Virus record (IMG/VR): IMGVR_UViG_3300023174_000190
Location: 1-58,594 of that record
Length of the DNA: 58,594 nucleotides
Reading direction: 5' to 3' (one strand)
Source: a virus
Lineage: Duplodnaviria > Caudoviricetes
Position numbers and translations under genes: made by a program
Notes under the pieces: generated by a model
The model's input: only the letters and a program-made list of their open reading frames with translations
What the model was told of the DNA's origin: nothing
Database searches by the model: none
Part shown: one piece after another, positions 17,231 to 27,041 of the stretch
Numbering within the stretch: the stretch's first letter is position 1
Layout: every line of letters starts with the position of its first letter

Positions 17231-17471
17231 CAATAAACTCTTTTTGAAACAGGCGACGTTCTTGTATAGTTGGGATTTCAAATGTCTTTCTAGGATTAGC
17301 ACACATAACGCATTTTGGATTTCCACAACTCATTGGAGATTGTTTTGCTAACTTATGTGGTTGCTTAACTGGAACATGATTTTCTTTTGCAATTGCAACT
17401 TGTCGATTGATATGATTCTCTTTTTGTTGCAAACGGCGAGAGTGTTTGATTTTATGATCTTCATTACTCAT
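17223..17471 (-). CDS. Small basic hypothetical protein with a CxxxxCxxC motif
   Basis: SCGNPKCVMCANPRK; coupled to neighbours by overlapping start/stop codons. Confidence 0.65.
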   Translation of the reverse strand: MSNEDHKIKHSRRLQQKENHINRQVAIAKENHVPVKQPHKLAKQSPMSCGNPKCVMCANPRKTFEIPTIQERRLFQKEFIDD

Positions 17472-19180
17472 TTTGTTATCCTCGAAAAATTGTTGACCTT
17501 TTCGAACTTTATTACATTCATGAACTTATCTTGTAGCATATCTCCTTTATGTGATATTACGAATAGATTAGAACCTTCAAGCATTCCAAGAATCTTCATC
17601 AGATCTTCGGTTCCATTAGTATCTAGTGAAGAATCAAATATCTCATCAAGAATTAATATGTTTGTGCTTGCAGAATTTTTTAATTTAGCAACTGCTCTCC
17701 ACGTTAACATTAATGCCATATCGATTCGCTGTTTCTCGCCTTCACTAAATGATGCATAAGTAAAATCATCACGATGCCTGGATTTGATTGTCTCTTTGAA
17801 CGATTCATCCAAATTGAAATTCACAAAGAAGTCTAATGATGCAAGATATTTGTTTACTAACTTATTAATGATTGGAATGTATTGTCGAATGATTTTCGTT
17901 TTGATTCCAGTATCTTTAAGTAAAGTAGTCGCAACTTCATAGTATGCACGTTCTTCTGTGATTGATTTTATCTCTGTTTCAATTTGTAGTAAATTATCAT
18001 TAAGCCCAGACAGTTTCGTATTCTCTGTTTGTAAGTCACTCTTGTTTTCTTTGAGTCTTTCGATTTCCTTTTCTAATGTTTTGCTATATCTTTGATTGAC
18101 AATAATCTCACTCTGCTCTGATGTAAGATTTGAATTCACATCTTGAATCTGATCATCAATCAACTCAATATCTTTCTGTCGATTGAATAATGTATTGATT
18201 TCATTTTCAATCTCACCAATAGCTTTTTCAACTTCATTTAGTTTTTTGTTTCTCTCTTCTACAATATGTAGTTTGTGGTCTTCTGCAATTCCTTGCTTGC
18301 ATGTTGGACAATCATGATTATCATTATAAAAAGAAATATCTGTAGAAACTTTGTTGACAGTCTTTTGTAGATTGCTTCGTATACCAGTTAGTTTAATTAT
18401 TCTATCTGTGACTTTCTTTTTATCGGAAATCTTATCTCGTAATGTATTCAATTCAGTTTCGTATGAAGTACATTTGATTTGGCTTTCAGCAATCATATTA
18501 ATTGTGTTAGCTAAATCTTGTTCTTTTAGAGAAACTTGAGTAGCAGTATTCTTTTTGATGTTGTCGATCAATTGAATTTGATATTGAATCTGTTCTTTCT
18601 TCAAGTCTGATTGATACTTTGCTTGATGATGACGTTCTTTCAATAAAGCAAACTTATCTTTTAGAACTCCATTCATTCGCGAGAATATCTGAATGTCCAA
18701 CAAGTCTTCAATGATTGAGCGCCTATCGGATGCAGACAATTGCATGAACGGAACGAATGATGCAGATCCCAACAACACAATCTGAGTAAATGATTTGTAG
18801 TTAAGTTTAAGAATAAACTTTTCCAAATACTCTTGATAGTCTTTTGCTGCAGCGTCTTGATTGATTAGTTCGCCATTGCTATAAATTTCAAACACGTTCG
18901 GCTTGATACCACGAACAACTTTGAAAGACTTATTACCAATGACGAATTCAATCTCGACAACGCAATCTTTTTGATTGATTGCGTTTACAAGCTGACCCTT
19001 GTTTATGTTTCGAAATGATTTGCCAAACAATACGAAACACAATGCATCAAGCATTGTAGATTTACCAGAACCATTTGCACCTACAATTAGTGTAGTACCA
19101 TTCTCTGATAAATTAATTTCTGTATTGAAGTTGCCAGTCGAAAGAAAGTTTTTGAATCTAAGTTTATTAAAAGTAATCAT
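17468..19180 (-). CDS. gp46: Recombination endonuclease ATPase subunit (Rad50/SbcC-like)
   Basis: GANGSGKS, zinc hook CPTC, signature FSEGEKQRID, LILDEIFD and ISH motifs. Confidence 0.97.
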   Translation of the reverse strand: MITFNKLRFKNFLSTGNFNTEINLSENGTTLIVGANGSGKSTMLDALCFVLFGKSFRNINKGQLVNAINQKDCVVEIEFVIGNKSFKVVRGIKPNVFEIYSNGELINQDAAAKDYQEYLEKFILKLNYKSFTQIVLLGSASFVPFMQLSASDRRSIIEDLLDIQIFSRMNGVLKDKFALLKERHHQAKYQSDLKKEQIQYQIQLIDNIKKNTATQVSLKEQDLANTINMIAESQIKCTSYETELNTLRDKISDKKKVTDRIIKLTGIRSNLQKTVNKVSTDISFYNDNHDCPTCKQGIAEDHKLHIVEERNKKLNEVEKAIGEIENEINTLFNRQKDIELIDDQIQDVNSNLTSEQSEIIVNQRYSKTLEKEIERLKENKSDLQTENTKLSGLNDNLLQIETEIKSITEERAYYEVATTLLKDTGIKTKIIRQYIPIINKLVNKYLASLDFFVNFNLDESFKETIKSRHRDDFTYASFSEGEKQRIDMALMLTWRAVAKLKNSASTNILILDEIFDSSLDTNGTEDLMKILGMLEGSNLFVISHKGDMLQDKFMNVIKFEKVNNFSRITK

Positions 19181-20256
19181 TCTGTATTTTCAGTTGAAAG
19201 TGCTTCGACATATAATTCGCGCATTAGCATCTTTAATTTATTAGCATCGACTGGTCCAGTCAATGATTGATTCTCAATAAACTTTGAAAGAATCGTCATT
19301 GTATCTTCTGCTTGATTTACAATGTCATCATTATCTTCTGTCATTTGTGGTTCCGTAAAGTCTTCTACGATGTTAACATCTGTTGGATTTACTTTGTAGA
19401 TTTCATCTATTAGTTTTTCAAACACATAAGGATTCTGTTTGTTTAGCACTACAACTTTCACATAAGCATTTGCATATCTAGAGTAGTCTGCACCTTTTAA
19501 ATCTTCAATCTTTAATTTTGAATCGTCGTAATTGACTCTATAAAACATTCGATTTGGATTCTCGATGTAATCAACTTCCGATGTTGTTGTATCTAGAATT
19601 GCAAAATACTTTTTGTCTCGATAGTCAGACCAGAACAATTCATATGGAACTCCAAGATAAACAACGTTATCTTTTTTGGAATGTGTATGAAAGTGTCCGC
19701 TAAACACTTGATTATACTCGCTTAGAAACGAATGGTCAAGTCCTTCGTGACTTTTGATTTCTCCAATGAACGGAAAGTTTGCTAGTTCAAAGTGACCAAC
19801 ACATAGAGGAGAATTACTATTCTTGATGAATTCGAAGATTTCTTTCTCATTGCTTTTGCATATCCATGGAATCATATCAACTTTGACGCCATCTAATTCA
19901 AGTGTACCATGAGTTTGCCAAACATGAATATTGTCGTAATCTTTCAATAAAAGTCCAGGAGAATTAATATCCAGACTTTCTTTCCAAAAGATATCATGAT
20001 TGCCAACTAGTGTGTGAAGAGTGAGTCCTTCTTCAACGCAGCGATCAAAAAAGTATCTGCGACTCTCTGTCAATGATAGAAAATTGATATACTTGCGACG
20101 ATCAAACAGATCACCCAACTGAATGATCGTCTTTACATTTCGACGTTCTAGTTCTGGGAAAAATACCTCATTATAGAATTTTTCATAGAATGCATGGAAA
20201 ACTTTAGAGTCATTTCTGATTCCGAAATGCGTGTCGCCCAGTAGACATACCTTCAT
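19177..20256 (-). CDS. gp47: Recombination endonuclease subunit (Mre11/SbcD-like)
   Basis: GDTHFG, LGDLFDRRK, GNHD and SGHFH phosphoesterase motifs. Confidence 0.97.
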   Translation of the reverse strand: MKVCLLGDTHFGIRNDSKVFHAFYEKFYNEVFFPELERRNVKTIIQLGDLFDRRKYINFLSLTESRRYFFDRCVEEGLTLHTLVGNHDIFWKESLDINSPGLLLKDYDNIHVWQTHGTLELDGVKVDMIPWICKSNEKEIFEFIKNSNSPLCVGHFELANFPFIGEIKSHEGLDHSFLSEYNQVFSGHFHTHSKKDNVVYLGVPYELFWSDYRDKKYFAILDTTTSEVDYIENPNRMFYRVNYDDSKLKIEDLKGADYSRYANAYVKVVVLNKQNPYVFEKLIDEIYKVNPTDVNIVEDFTEPQMTEDNDDIVNQAEDTMTILSKFIENQSLTGPVDANKLKMLMRELYVEALSTENTE

Positions 20257-20413
20257 TATTCTTCGCCCTCATGTTTCCATTGATAGATTTATTGATTATA
20301 TCACGGACATTCGTAAGATGCAATAGCGCATGATCTTTCAAATCTTGTGGAGACTTTTTGTTTTCTAAAATCTTGATCCAATGTTCAAGCTGTACGGGCA
20401 ATGGCGTCTGCAT
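20210..20413 (-). CDS. Small hypothetical protein between gp55 and gp47
   Basis: Likely start MQTPLPVQLEHW after SD GGAGGA; overlaps both neighbours. Confidence 0.55.
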   Translation of the reverse strand: MQTPLPVQLEHWIKILENKKSPQDLKDHALLHLTNVRDIINKSINGNMRAKNNEGMSTGRHAFRNQK

Positions 20414-20984
20414 TTTGTTCTTCCTCCATAAATGAATCAAATACGGTATCTTCTTTTTTCTTCTTAGTCTTAGGCGCTTTCTTTTGCCTATTGTCTTCAA
20501 ACGTTACAATGAAGTCACGAATGAATTGTTCCGAATAAGAATCATGAAGAACATCATTCAAGTTTGAGGTAACGTATTCTTCTCCGTTATTCTCAATCAA
20601 CGAATTGATGACTTCATTCTCCATACTCTTATACTTTATGTATAAATGTTTTTTCTCTTTTTGTATCCTACGAAGAAAAGCATAATAAATTATTTGAGTG
20701 AAATATGCAAATGGGTTCTTTGATTTTTCTGGATCAAAGTTATCAATGTAAAGTAAACAATTTTCAACACCGTCAGATACCATGTCTTCTTTAAATGTGT
20801 AATTCGCGAAGTTTGGCTTTCGCGCTAAGTGCGTAGCAATCTTAAAAAGACAATCTCCAATGTATTCTGGAACTCTTGGTCTCTCGGTTTCATTTCCTTT
20901 TGATAGAGTGACTGCATTTTTGAATTTTACCATTTCAGATAAAAACTGTTCGTTGTTTACATAGTGTTTTTGTTTAGTGGTCAT
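20385..20984 (-). CDS. gp55: Late-transcription sigma factor
   Basis: HYVNN, YIGDCLFKIA.HL, NFANYT, DGVENC and NPFAYFTQIIYYAFLRRIQKEKK motifs. Start at MTTKQK (SD GAGG). Confidence 0.96.
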   Translation of the reverse strand: MTTKQKHYVNNEQFLSEMVKFKNAVTLSKGNETERPRVPEYIGDCLFKIATHLARKPNFANYTFKEDMVSDGVENCLLYIDNFDPEKSKNPFAYFTQIIYYAFLRRIQKEKKHLYIKYKSMENEVINSLIENNGEEYVTSNLNDVLHDSYSEQFIRDFIVTFEDNRQKKAPKTKKKKEDTVFDSFMEEEQNADAIARTA

Positions 20985-21001
20985 TTTCGCCTCATTGGTA
21001 C

Positions 21002-21030
21002 TTGACATTTACTTGACAGGGGTGTAGAAT
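21002..21030 (+). promoter_or_regulatory. Antisense-oriented sigma70-type promoter next to the gp55 start
   Basis: TTGACA-17 nt-TAGAAT on the plus strand, with a second TTGACA inside the spacer. Confidence 0.55.
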
Positions 21031-21044
21031 CAGCGTGTTGGGTT

Positions 21045-21419
21045 TCAATGAAATACTTTATTAATTACTTTCTCCTCTGTTGATTCTCTAGATGTTTCAT
21101 ATTCATCCTCATCTTCTTCATTGCTAAGACTTGCTAGATGCTCTTCGTAAAGTTCTTGATATGATGATACAACAACTGATGTTGGTTCTGCAACGGCGGA
21201 GATTCCGTGTTTAAATATTCTTAATGGAAGAGAATAATTCATCATTGGATCCCACTTCGTAAGTGTCAATCGATATGACGTATCGTCATTATCTGCAGAT
21301 CTAAAAGTAATTATGACTTTCATTGGAAAGTCAACTTCAACATATCCTCTGCTCTCCTGAGCAACATTGCCGATGATTGTGTCGCCATTCGACATTTTAA
21401 TTAATTTACAAATCATCAT
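21045..21419 (-). CDS. Conserved hypothetical protein (Sm-like start, acidic tail)
   Basis: KLIKMSNGDTIIG...P start; lies between uvsW and gp55, as is common in T4-like aquatic phages. Confidence 0.7.
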   Translation of the reverse strand: MMICKLIKMSNGDTIIGNVAQESRGYVEVDFPMKVIITFRSADNDDTSYRLTLTKWDPMMNYSLPLRIFKHGISAVAEPTSVVVSSYQELYEEHLASLSNEEDEDEYETSRESTEEKVINKVFH

Positions 21420-22879
21420 TTTTCCTTTAAATTTATATTATAAATTTTATATTCAAACTTTTCGTCATTGTAAATTTTTATGCGCTCAGAGAAATGATCT
21501 AGAGTGAAGTTGTTTTTACCATTATAGGATAAATCGTCGGCAATGTCAAATAATATAGCTTGCTCTTTATTTTCTCCTAAACGCAATCCTCTACCAATTG
21601 ATTGAAGAGTTCTAATCTTACTCTTGCTTGGTGAAGCAAAAACAACATTGTGCAAATTTCGTATATTTATGCCTGTCGAAAACGTTCCATAAGAAGCGAC
21701 GATGATTGCATTATTTTCTGTTTCTGTTAGTCTTCTAACTTCTTCTCTTTCTTCTGCATCAACATTACCATGTATGAAAAAGACTGGGCGAGAATCTTCA
21801 TCAAGTGTGCTTTTAATTAATTCATGCAGAACTTTACCATGCTTTTCTACGAATTGATAGAGTAGTAGAGTATTACCTTTTAAATCCATAACAAGATTTC
21901 TTATGAATCTATTTCTGGACTCTTTACTAATTATGTAATCGATTTCATCTTGATATCGATAGCCTTTGCATTGTTCGCATGATTCTTTATCGTGCTTTAG
22001 TATAAGTGCTTTAATCTTAAACTTTGCTAGTTTACCATCATCAATTAGTTTCTTTGTTGTTGTAATTTGCTTTACTCTACCAAACAATCCTTCAAGAACT
22101 AATTTATGAGTTTGTGTACCATCAAGTGTTCCAGTCAAACCAAAACGATATGCACATGTAGTCATGTTTGTTAATATTGTAGTGAGAGATTTTGCTTTAA
22201 ATAAATGCGCTTCATCACCCACAATCAAATCAAACTTATTAAACCATTCTTTTGGCATCTTGTATACAGATTGCCATGTCGATATAATGATTGGCAGATT
22301 TGTATCTTTTTTTGATCCAGCAGTGATTTGATGTACGTTAGCATTGCTATCGTATCCATAAGATTCAAAGTCTTTATATAATTGAGCAACAAGAGAGATT
22401 GTTGGAACAATGATTAATGTTTTACAATTTAAATATCTCGTAATGAGATATATGATTAGAGACTTGCCAGAAGCTGTTGGAGATATTAATAGCCCTCTTC
22501 TTGCTCTTATTGCATAGATGAATGCGTCTAATTGATAGTCTCTGACTTCAAATGGTAATCCAAGAGTGTCAATAAATTCTTTAGCATCATTAGTAGAGAA
22601 TTCATCATATAGATCGACAGACTTATCAAATACTAATTCATAATCTCTTTCTTTAGCAAAACTAATAAGATATGGTATAAGTCCATAGTATAGTTGTCTT
22701 GTTGCTAAAGTAAATAGGCGAATCTTACCATCCCATATCTTATTACGATATGCTGGCATGAATTTGTATCCTGGAACATAAAACGTAAAATATTCGTTTA
22801 GATCCATTGCGCTAGAACCTTCGCATTCGATTCTAGCGTATACTTCATTTAATTTAGAGACTACGAGTTTATTATACAC
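21416..22879 (-). CDS. uvsW: UvsW SF2 helicase
   Basis: RDYQ, SPTASGKS, GDEAH, GLTGT, STGINI and QSIGRGLR motifs. Confidence 0.97.
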   Translation of the reverse strand: MYNKLVVSKLNEVYARIECEGSSAMDLNEYFTFYVPGYKFMPAYRNKIWDGKIRLFTLATRQLYYGLIPYLISFAKERDYELVFDKSVDLYDEFSTNDAKEFIDTLGLPFEVRDYQLDAFIYAIRARRGLLISPTASGKSLIIYLITRYLNCKTLIIVPTISLVAQLYKDFESYGYDSNANVHQITAGSKKDTNLPIIISTWQSVYKMPKEWFNKFDLIVGDEAHLFKAKSLTTILTNMTTCAYRFGLTGTLDGTQTHKLVLEGLFGRVKQITTTKKLIDDGKLAKFKIKALILKHDKESCEQCKGYRYQDEIDYIISKESRNRFIRNLVMDLKGNTLLLYQFVEKHGKVLHELIKSTLDEDSRPVFFIHGNVDAEEREEVRRLTETENNAIIVASYGTFSTGINIRNLHNVVFASPSKSKIRTLQSIGRGLRLGENKEQAILFDIADDLSYNGKNNFTLDHFSERIKIYNDEKFEYKIYNINLKEK

Positions 22880-23306
22880 CTTGTGTGAACTTCTTCCATT
22901 CTATAGCATTTTTAATTTGAAAATTTCTTTGATTGATGTTTTTAATAACTTCTTCAAGAAAGAATATTTTCTCTTTTTGATTAGTCTGGCGAACGTTTGA
23001 TTGTATAATCTCTTTGTCAGAGTCTAGATACATATCAACTTCATTCTTCATTAGACGTTTCATAAAAGGTTCCCAATTCAATTCGTCCAACTCTTCTTGT
23101 GACATTTTACCATTATAATATTCGTACTTCTTTAGTCCTAACTCTTTACTTTGAAATTCAAGAGCCTTTAATTTTCTACGCTCATCAAAATAAATTTTAA
23201 GATACTTGCTATGTAGTTCTGGAATTTTGAGTGATTCTAAACCAAGTTCTGTAGAATCTACTGTAGAATCTTCTCGCCACGCATCCATAATTTGATCTAA
23301 AGTCAT
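22872..23306 (-). CDS. uvsY: UvsY recombination mediator
   Basis: ESLKIPELHSKYL...YYNGK...YLDSD...RNFQIKNAIEWKKF. Confidence 0.93.
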   Translation of the reverse strand: MTLDQIMDAWREDSTVDSTELGLESLKIPELHSKYLKIYFDERRKLKALEFQSKELGLKKYEYYNGKMSQEELDELNWEPFMKRLMKNEVDMYLDSDKEIIQSNVRQTNQKEKIFFLEEVIKNINQRNFQIKNAIEWKKFTQGV

Positions 23307-23335
23307 GCATCACCCTTTCAATGAAATGATCTAAC

Positions 23336-23364
23336 ATCATATCATAGTTTTAAACAGGTGTCAA
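23336..23364 (-). promoter_or_regulatory. Sigma70-type promoter for uvsY-uvsW
   Basis: TTGACA-17 nt-TATGAT with an extended -10 TG, overlapping the gp3 3' end. Confidence 0.7.
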
Positions 23365-23856
23365 TTCGTAGTATGTGTAATTGAATGTGGCAGTTGAAGT
23401 AACGAATTCTTGCGAATCTGTTGTTGTAAAATCAATCCCACCAAGATCTGTTGGATAGACTTCATTAAATGTAATCTTCCACATAGGATTGTTTGCATTA
23501 GATTTTATGAATAAAATAGCATCAGATGTAATGCTATTATTTGTTCCTGGTTTTTGAGTTAGAGTTCCCAACTTATCGTATGATTTTGGGTTACCCAATT
23601 GAAATATCCAATTATAGATTTCATACCACGATTGCATATCTTCATCAACAATGAATGATAGACTTAATGTTCCGAATGTTATGATATCGCCAGGAATACT
23701 TACTGCAGCAAACGGAGTATTTACTTGTGTTGATTGTAATGTGAGTCCTGGTAAATTTACACTCTGAACAAAAAATGTAAAATTTGGAATTCTTGCTAAC
23801 GAAAAGTCAAACTTATTGTTAGAAAGAAAACTCTTATTAATCGGTGGAATGTCCAT
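23350..23856 (-). CDS. gp3: Tail completion/terminator protein
   Basis: NKFDF...P.FTFFVQSVNLPG...FIVDEDM..WYEIYNW...SDA.L...PTDLGGIDF; follows gp23. Confidence 0.88.
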   Translation of the reverse strand: MDIPPINKSFLSNNKFDFSLARIPNFTFFVQSVNLPGLTLQSTQVNTPFAAVSIPGDIITFGTLSLSFIVDEDMQSWYEIYNWIFQLGNPKSYDKLGTLTQKPGTNNSITSDAILFIKSNANNPMWKITFNEVYPTDLGGIDFTTTDSQEFVTSTATFNYTYYELTPV

Positions 23857-23873
23857 AATTATCTCCTTTCACA

Positions 23874-23881
23874 TATTTATA
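23874..23881 (-). promoter_or_regulatory. Late promoter TATAAATA (gp3)
   Basis: Exact motif in the intergenic region upstream of the gene. Confidence 0.8.
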
Positions 23882-23885
23882 GGAA

Positions 23886-23913
23886 ATAAAAAAGGGAGCA
23901 TTTCTGCTCCCTT
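23886..23913 (-). terminator. Intrinsic terminator after gp23
   Basis: AAGGGAGCA-GAAA-TGCTCCCTT followed by a T-tract. Confidence 0.9.
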
Positions 23914-23942
23914 CAAAATCACTCTATGGTGATTTAATCAAA

Positions 23943-25283
23943 TTACATTAGATTTGTAATTGAAATTCTACGGTAGTAGATGTTCTTATTAGCAAATGCC
24001 AATGTTCCGTCAGCTGCAGATGTTGCGAATGGGTTTGCAACCATTCCGTAACGTGTCTTGAAACCGATCTTTGGCTGGAATGTATCCTGGCCAACTGCAC
24101 GAACCATTTGTAGAGGAACGTATGGGCAGTAGAACAAGCCAGCGTCAAAAGCTGATGTGCCTTTGTAGCCGATTGTTGCATAGTGAGTTCCAGATGTAGC
24201 TGCGAAGTATGGATCGATATAAACTTTGAAACGTCCATTTAGAACACCAGCAAATGTGTTGCCAGTATCGTCAACTTGTAGGCTATTTGCTAGAGCAGGT
24301 GTATAGTCAAGAACACCAGCCATTTGCAATGCAGAAGCAACGTCTGAAGAGCAAATTAGGATGTTACCTTTACCACGGCGTGTTGCTTTAGCAATTGCGT
24401 TAGCTTCGCGCTCTAGTTGGAACATTAAGCCCTTGAACTTCTCAACTGACCAACGACCGTTTGAGTCAACGTCTAGGTTGAAAGTACCAGCTGTTGTAAC
24501 GTTCTCTTGTGCACCAACTGTTGCTGTCAAGTTAATTGTACGAACGACTTCACGATTGATCTCAGCTAGGATCTCTGTCGAAAGAATGTTCGCCAACTCT
24601 TGCTCTGCGTCAAGACCGTGAACTGCTTTCAAGTCCTGTGCTAGTTCCATTGTGTACTCAGCTTTTAGCGCACGGCTACGAGCTGTTACAGCAATCTTTT
24701 CAATTGAGAAAGCCATTTCTTGGAACTGGTTACCAGCTGCATCGCCAAGTGCTTCAGCTTGTGCAGTTGTCATACCTGTACCGCGTGTGTACTCAGTACC
24801 AGCAGATAGATCAGCAGGAGAAGCACCAGACTGTGTAACTGCGTTTGTTGCATTAACAGACGAGAATGCTGTATTAGCTTCGTTAAACAACGCTTCTGTT
24901 TGTGCCTGACCTGTGTAACGTGAACGCATTGCGAAGATCAAGCCTGTTGGGCCTGTCATTGGCTGGACACCACAAATGTCATAAGCAATTAGATTAGGAG
25001 CAGCGCGGCGAACTAATGAAATTAGAACTGGATCGTAAATGTCGATGTTACCATCACTAGCTGTAGAAGAAGATGCGCCCATTGCGTTAGCTGGGGATGC
25101 TTCTGTTAGTAGTGATGTTTGATTACGATAACCACCAGAACCAGCTGCGTCTTCGCGACATGCACGTTCTTGGTTCTCAAGAAGTTGTGCTGTAACTGAA
25201 CGCTTGTGTGCGTCTTTGATTGAACTTAGATCAGGATGATCTAAGACTGGTGACCATTTTTTAATAAGATTTTCGATAGCCAT
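23943..25283 (-). CDS. gp23: Major capsid protein
   Basis: KWSPVLDH, LLENQE, DPVLISLVRR, GVQPMTGPTGLIFAMR, ELAQDLKAVHGLDAE and FQPKIGFKTRYG motifs. Confidence 0.99.
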   Translation of the reverse strand: MAIENLIKKWSPVLDHPDLSSIKDAHKRSVTAQLLENQERACREDAAGSGGYRNQTSLLTEASPANAMGASSSTASDGNIDIYDPVLISLVRRAAPNLIAYDICGVQPMTGPTGLIFAMRSRYTGQAQTEALFNEANTAFSSVNATNAVTQSGASPADLSAGTEYTRGTGMTTAQAEALGDAAGNQFQEMAFSIEKIAVTARSRALKAEYTMELAQDLKAVHGLDAEQELANILSTEILAEINREVVRTINLTATVGAQENVTTAGTFNLDVDSNGRWSVEKFKGLMFQLEREANAIAKATRRGKGNILICSSDVASALQMAGVLDYTPALANSLQVDDTGNTFAGVLNGRFKVYIDPYFAATSGTHYATIGYKGTSAFDAGLFYCPYVPLQMVRAVGQDTFQPKIGFKTRYGMVANPFATSAADGTLAFANKNIYYRRISITNLM

Positions 25284-25313
25284 TTTATTCTCCTTTGAGA
25301 TTTATGTTTAATT

Positions 25314-25321
25314 TATTTATA
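25314..25321 (-). promoter_or_regulatory. Late promoter TATAAATA (gp23)
   Basis: Exact motif about 30 nt upstream of the gp23 start; SD AAGGAG. Confidence 0.85.
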
Positions 25322-25326
25322 AAAAA

Positions 25327-26070
25327 TTATTTTTTGAGTGTTCTAGAAATATTCTGAACATAGTGACTCATTACTGGAGAGAATGACTCCTCTAGTGTAG
25401 ATGTTTCTTCATCCATTTGATTAGATTTTGTTACAACTTCATTGCTGTCAGACTCATCAAAATATTTCTTTTTTGTCAAAAGAAGTTTCTGCTTATAATC
25501 ATTTTCTGTGATGAACTCAATGTTCTCAGACAATGATTTAAGTTTCGCCAATTGAACTTCAGTCAATCCTTCTGAAATGTCAGCTACGATTTTTTCTTTC
25601 TTGTAGCCATTAATTTCTTCTGTTAGAGAGACATTATCTGTAATAGCTTTGTCTAATTCAGATTCTAAAATTTCAACTTGTTGTGCAAACTCTTCAACAA
25701 TTTCAACTTTGTCTTCTGGAATATCAACATAATGCTCAACAAATAAATTCTTTAGTCCAACCATAAAGTCTTCAGCTAATTCAGCTTTAATGCCTGTCTC
25801 GATAGCTAGTTGGTTCTCTTCCATCCACTCTGTAACAACGTACTCTAAATACTCATCAATTTTTGTAACTAGATTTTCGTTGATGGATTGAACTTCTTCA
25901 ACTAGTTTCGCTTCGAATTCTTCTTCTAGTCTTGCTGTTTCTTCTGAAACTTTTGCAAGAATTGCTGCTTCAAAGATTGATTTAGCATTGCTTTTGAATT
26001 CTTCAGAAAGCCCTTCGCCAGAAAAAATAGCAGCGATATCAGCATTCGTGTCTTTTAATTGTTCTGTCAT
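25327..26070 (-). CDS. gp22: Prohead core scaffolding protein
   Basis: LSEEFK..AKSIFEAA, YLEYVV.EWMEENQLAIE.GIK and GLKNLFVEHYVDIPEDK motifs; acidic coiled coil. Confidence 0.95.
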   Translation of the reverse strand: MTEQLKDTNADIAAIFSGEGLSEEFKSNAKSIFEAAILAKVSEETARLEEEFEAKLVEEVQSINENLVTKIDEYLEYVVTEWMEENQLAIETGIKAELAEDFMVGLKNLFVEHYVDIPEDKVEIVEEFAQQVEILESELDKAITDNVSLTEEINGYKKEKIVADISEGLTEVQLAKLKSLSENIEFITENDYKQKLLLTKKKYFDESDSNEVVTKSNQMDEETSTLEESFSPVMSHYVQNISRTLKK

Positions 26071-26109
26071 GACAGTCTCCTTGTAAAATGCTTTAATTTA
26101 TTGATAATG

Positions 26110-26117
26110 TATTTATA
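26110..26117 (-). promoter_or_regulatory. Late promoter TATAAATA (gp22)
   Basis: Exact intergenic motif. Confidence 0.8.
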
Positions 26118-26122
26118 AAATA

Positions 26123-26773
26123 TTATAGTTTTGAAATGAAATCTTTGAAAACTTGGATCATATTTTCTTCTAAGTTCTTCTTAGAAGATTCTTTAATGAT
26201 CTCTTGATGTTTTGCAATTTCAACTTCTTTTAGAATTCCATTATCCCAAATCCATTGTTTGTTTTCCATAACCGCTCTAACGTATGCATCAGGAGCAGAA
26301 GGATCTGCAACAATATCAGCAGCAGTAGCAAGATAGAAATCGTCCATGACTACATTGATTCCATCTTTTCTCTTTTCCATTGATCCAAGACCGCGAGTGG
26401 AGACACCTACAGTAGCACCTTCACTTAGTAGATTCTTTACAATGTTTCCATATGGTGTGTCCATGATTTTTGCTTTACCAATGAAATCATTTCCATCTTG
26501 GCGCAACTCTTTAATCATGTGAGAAACACGTTCTAAATTAATTGTTGGTCCTTCTGGATGACCTAATTCACCATATGCACGATTCTTATCAATGTATTCT
26601 GTTTTGTATCTTGTGCTTTCTTTTTGTAGAATTGAAAGTGGATACATTCTATTGTTTCTATTCTGGCGTTCAGCTTGCATGAAAACGCCTTCGATATAAT
26701 ATTGTTTACCGCCAGCTTCTGCTTGTTCGGTAAAGAATTTAATCTCTTCGTTAATTTCTTGAATTAGTTTCAT
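26123..26773 (-). CDS. gp21: Prohead protease
   Basis: YIEGVFMQ, NRNNRMYP, GELGHP, VSTRGLGS and DIVADPSAPDA motifs. Confidence 0.97.
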   Translation of the reverse strand: MKLIQEINEEIKFFTEQAEAGGKQYYIEGVFMQAERQNRNNRMYPLSILQKESTRYKTEYIDKNRAYGELGHPEGPTINLERVSHMIKELRQDGNDFIGKAKIMDTPYGNIVKNLLSEGATVGVSTRGLGSMEKRKDGINVVMDDFYLATAADIVADPSAPDAYVRAVMENKQWIWDNGILKEVEIAKHQEIIKESSKKNLEENMIQVFKDFISKL

Positions 26774-27039
26774 TTGATCCCCGCAGACTTTCGTTTTTTG
26801 ATTGACATTGCTCTTTTTCTCAACATAGTCGCAATTTTCGAAACTCTTTTTCTTGCGCCTGATACTTGACCATGTTTACGATGCATCTTTTCTTGCGAAG
26901 ACATTTTCACAAGTTTCCCATTAATAACTTTATATCCAGCCATTCTTGTCACAGCAACTCTTCTTTGAACTTTACCGCCACGAACTCTATTTACCCTAGA
27001 GATTCCAGCTTCACTCAAAAAATCCTTAAAACTTAACAT
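26770..27039 (-). CDS. Basic prohead core protein (gp68-like)
   Basis: Very Arg/Lys-rich, ending ...RKRAMSIKKRKSAGI; directly upstream of gp21; N-terminus MLSFKDFLSE. Confidence 0.65.
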   Translation of the reverse strand: MLSFKDFLSEAGISRVNRVRGGKVQRRVAVTRMAGYKVINGKLVKMSSQEKMHRKHGQVSGARKRVSKIATMLRKRAMSIKKRKSAGIK

Positions 27040-27041
27040 TT

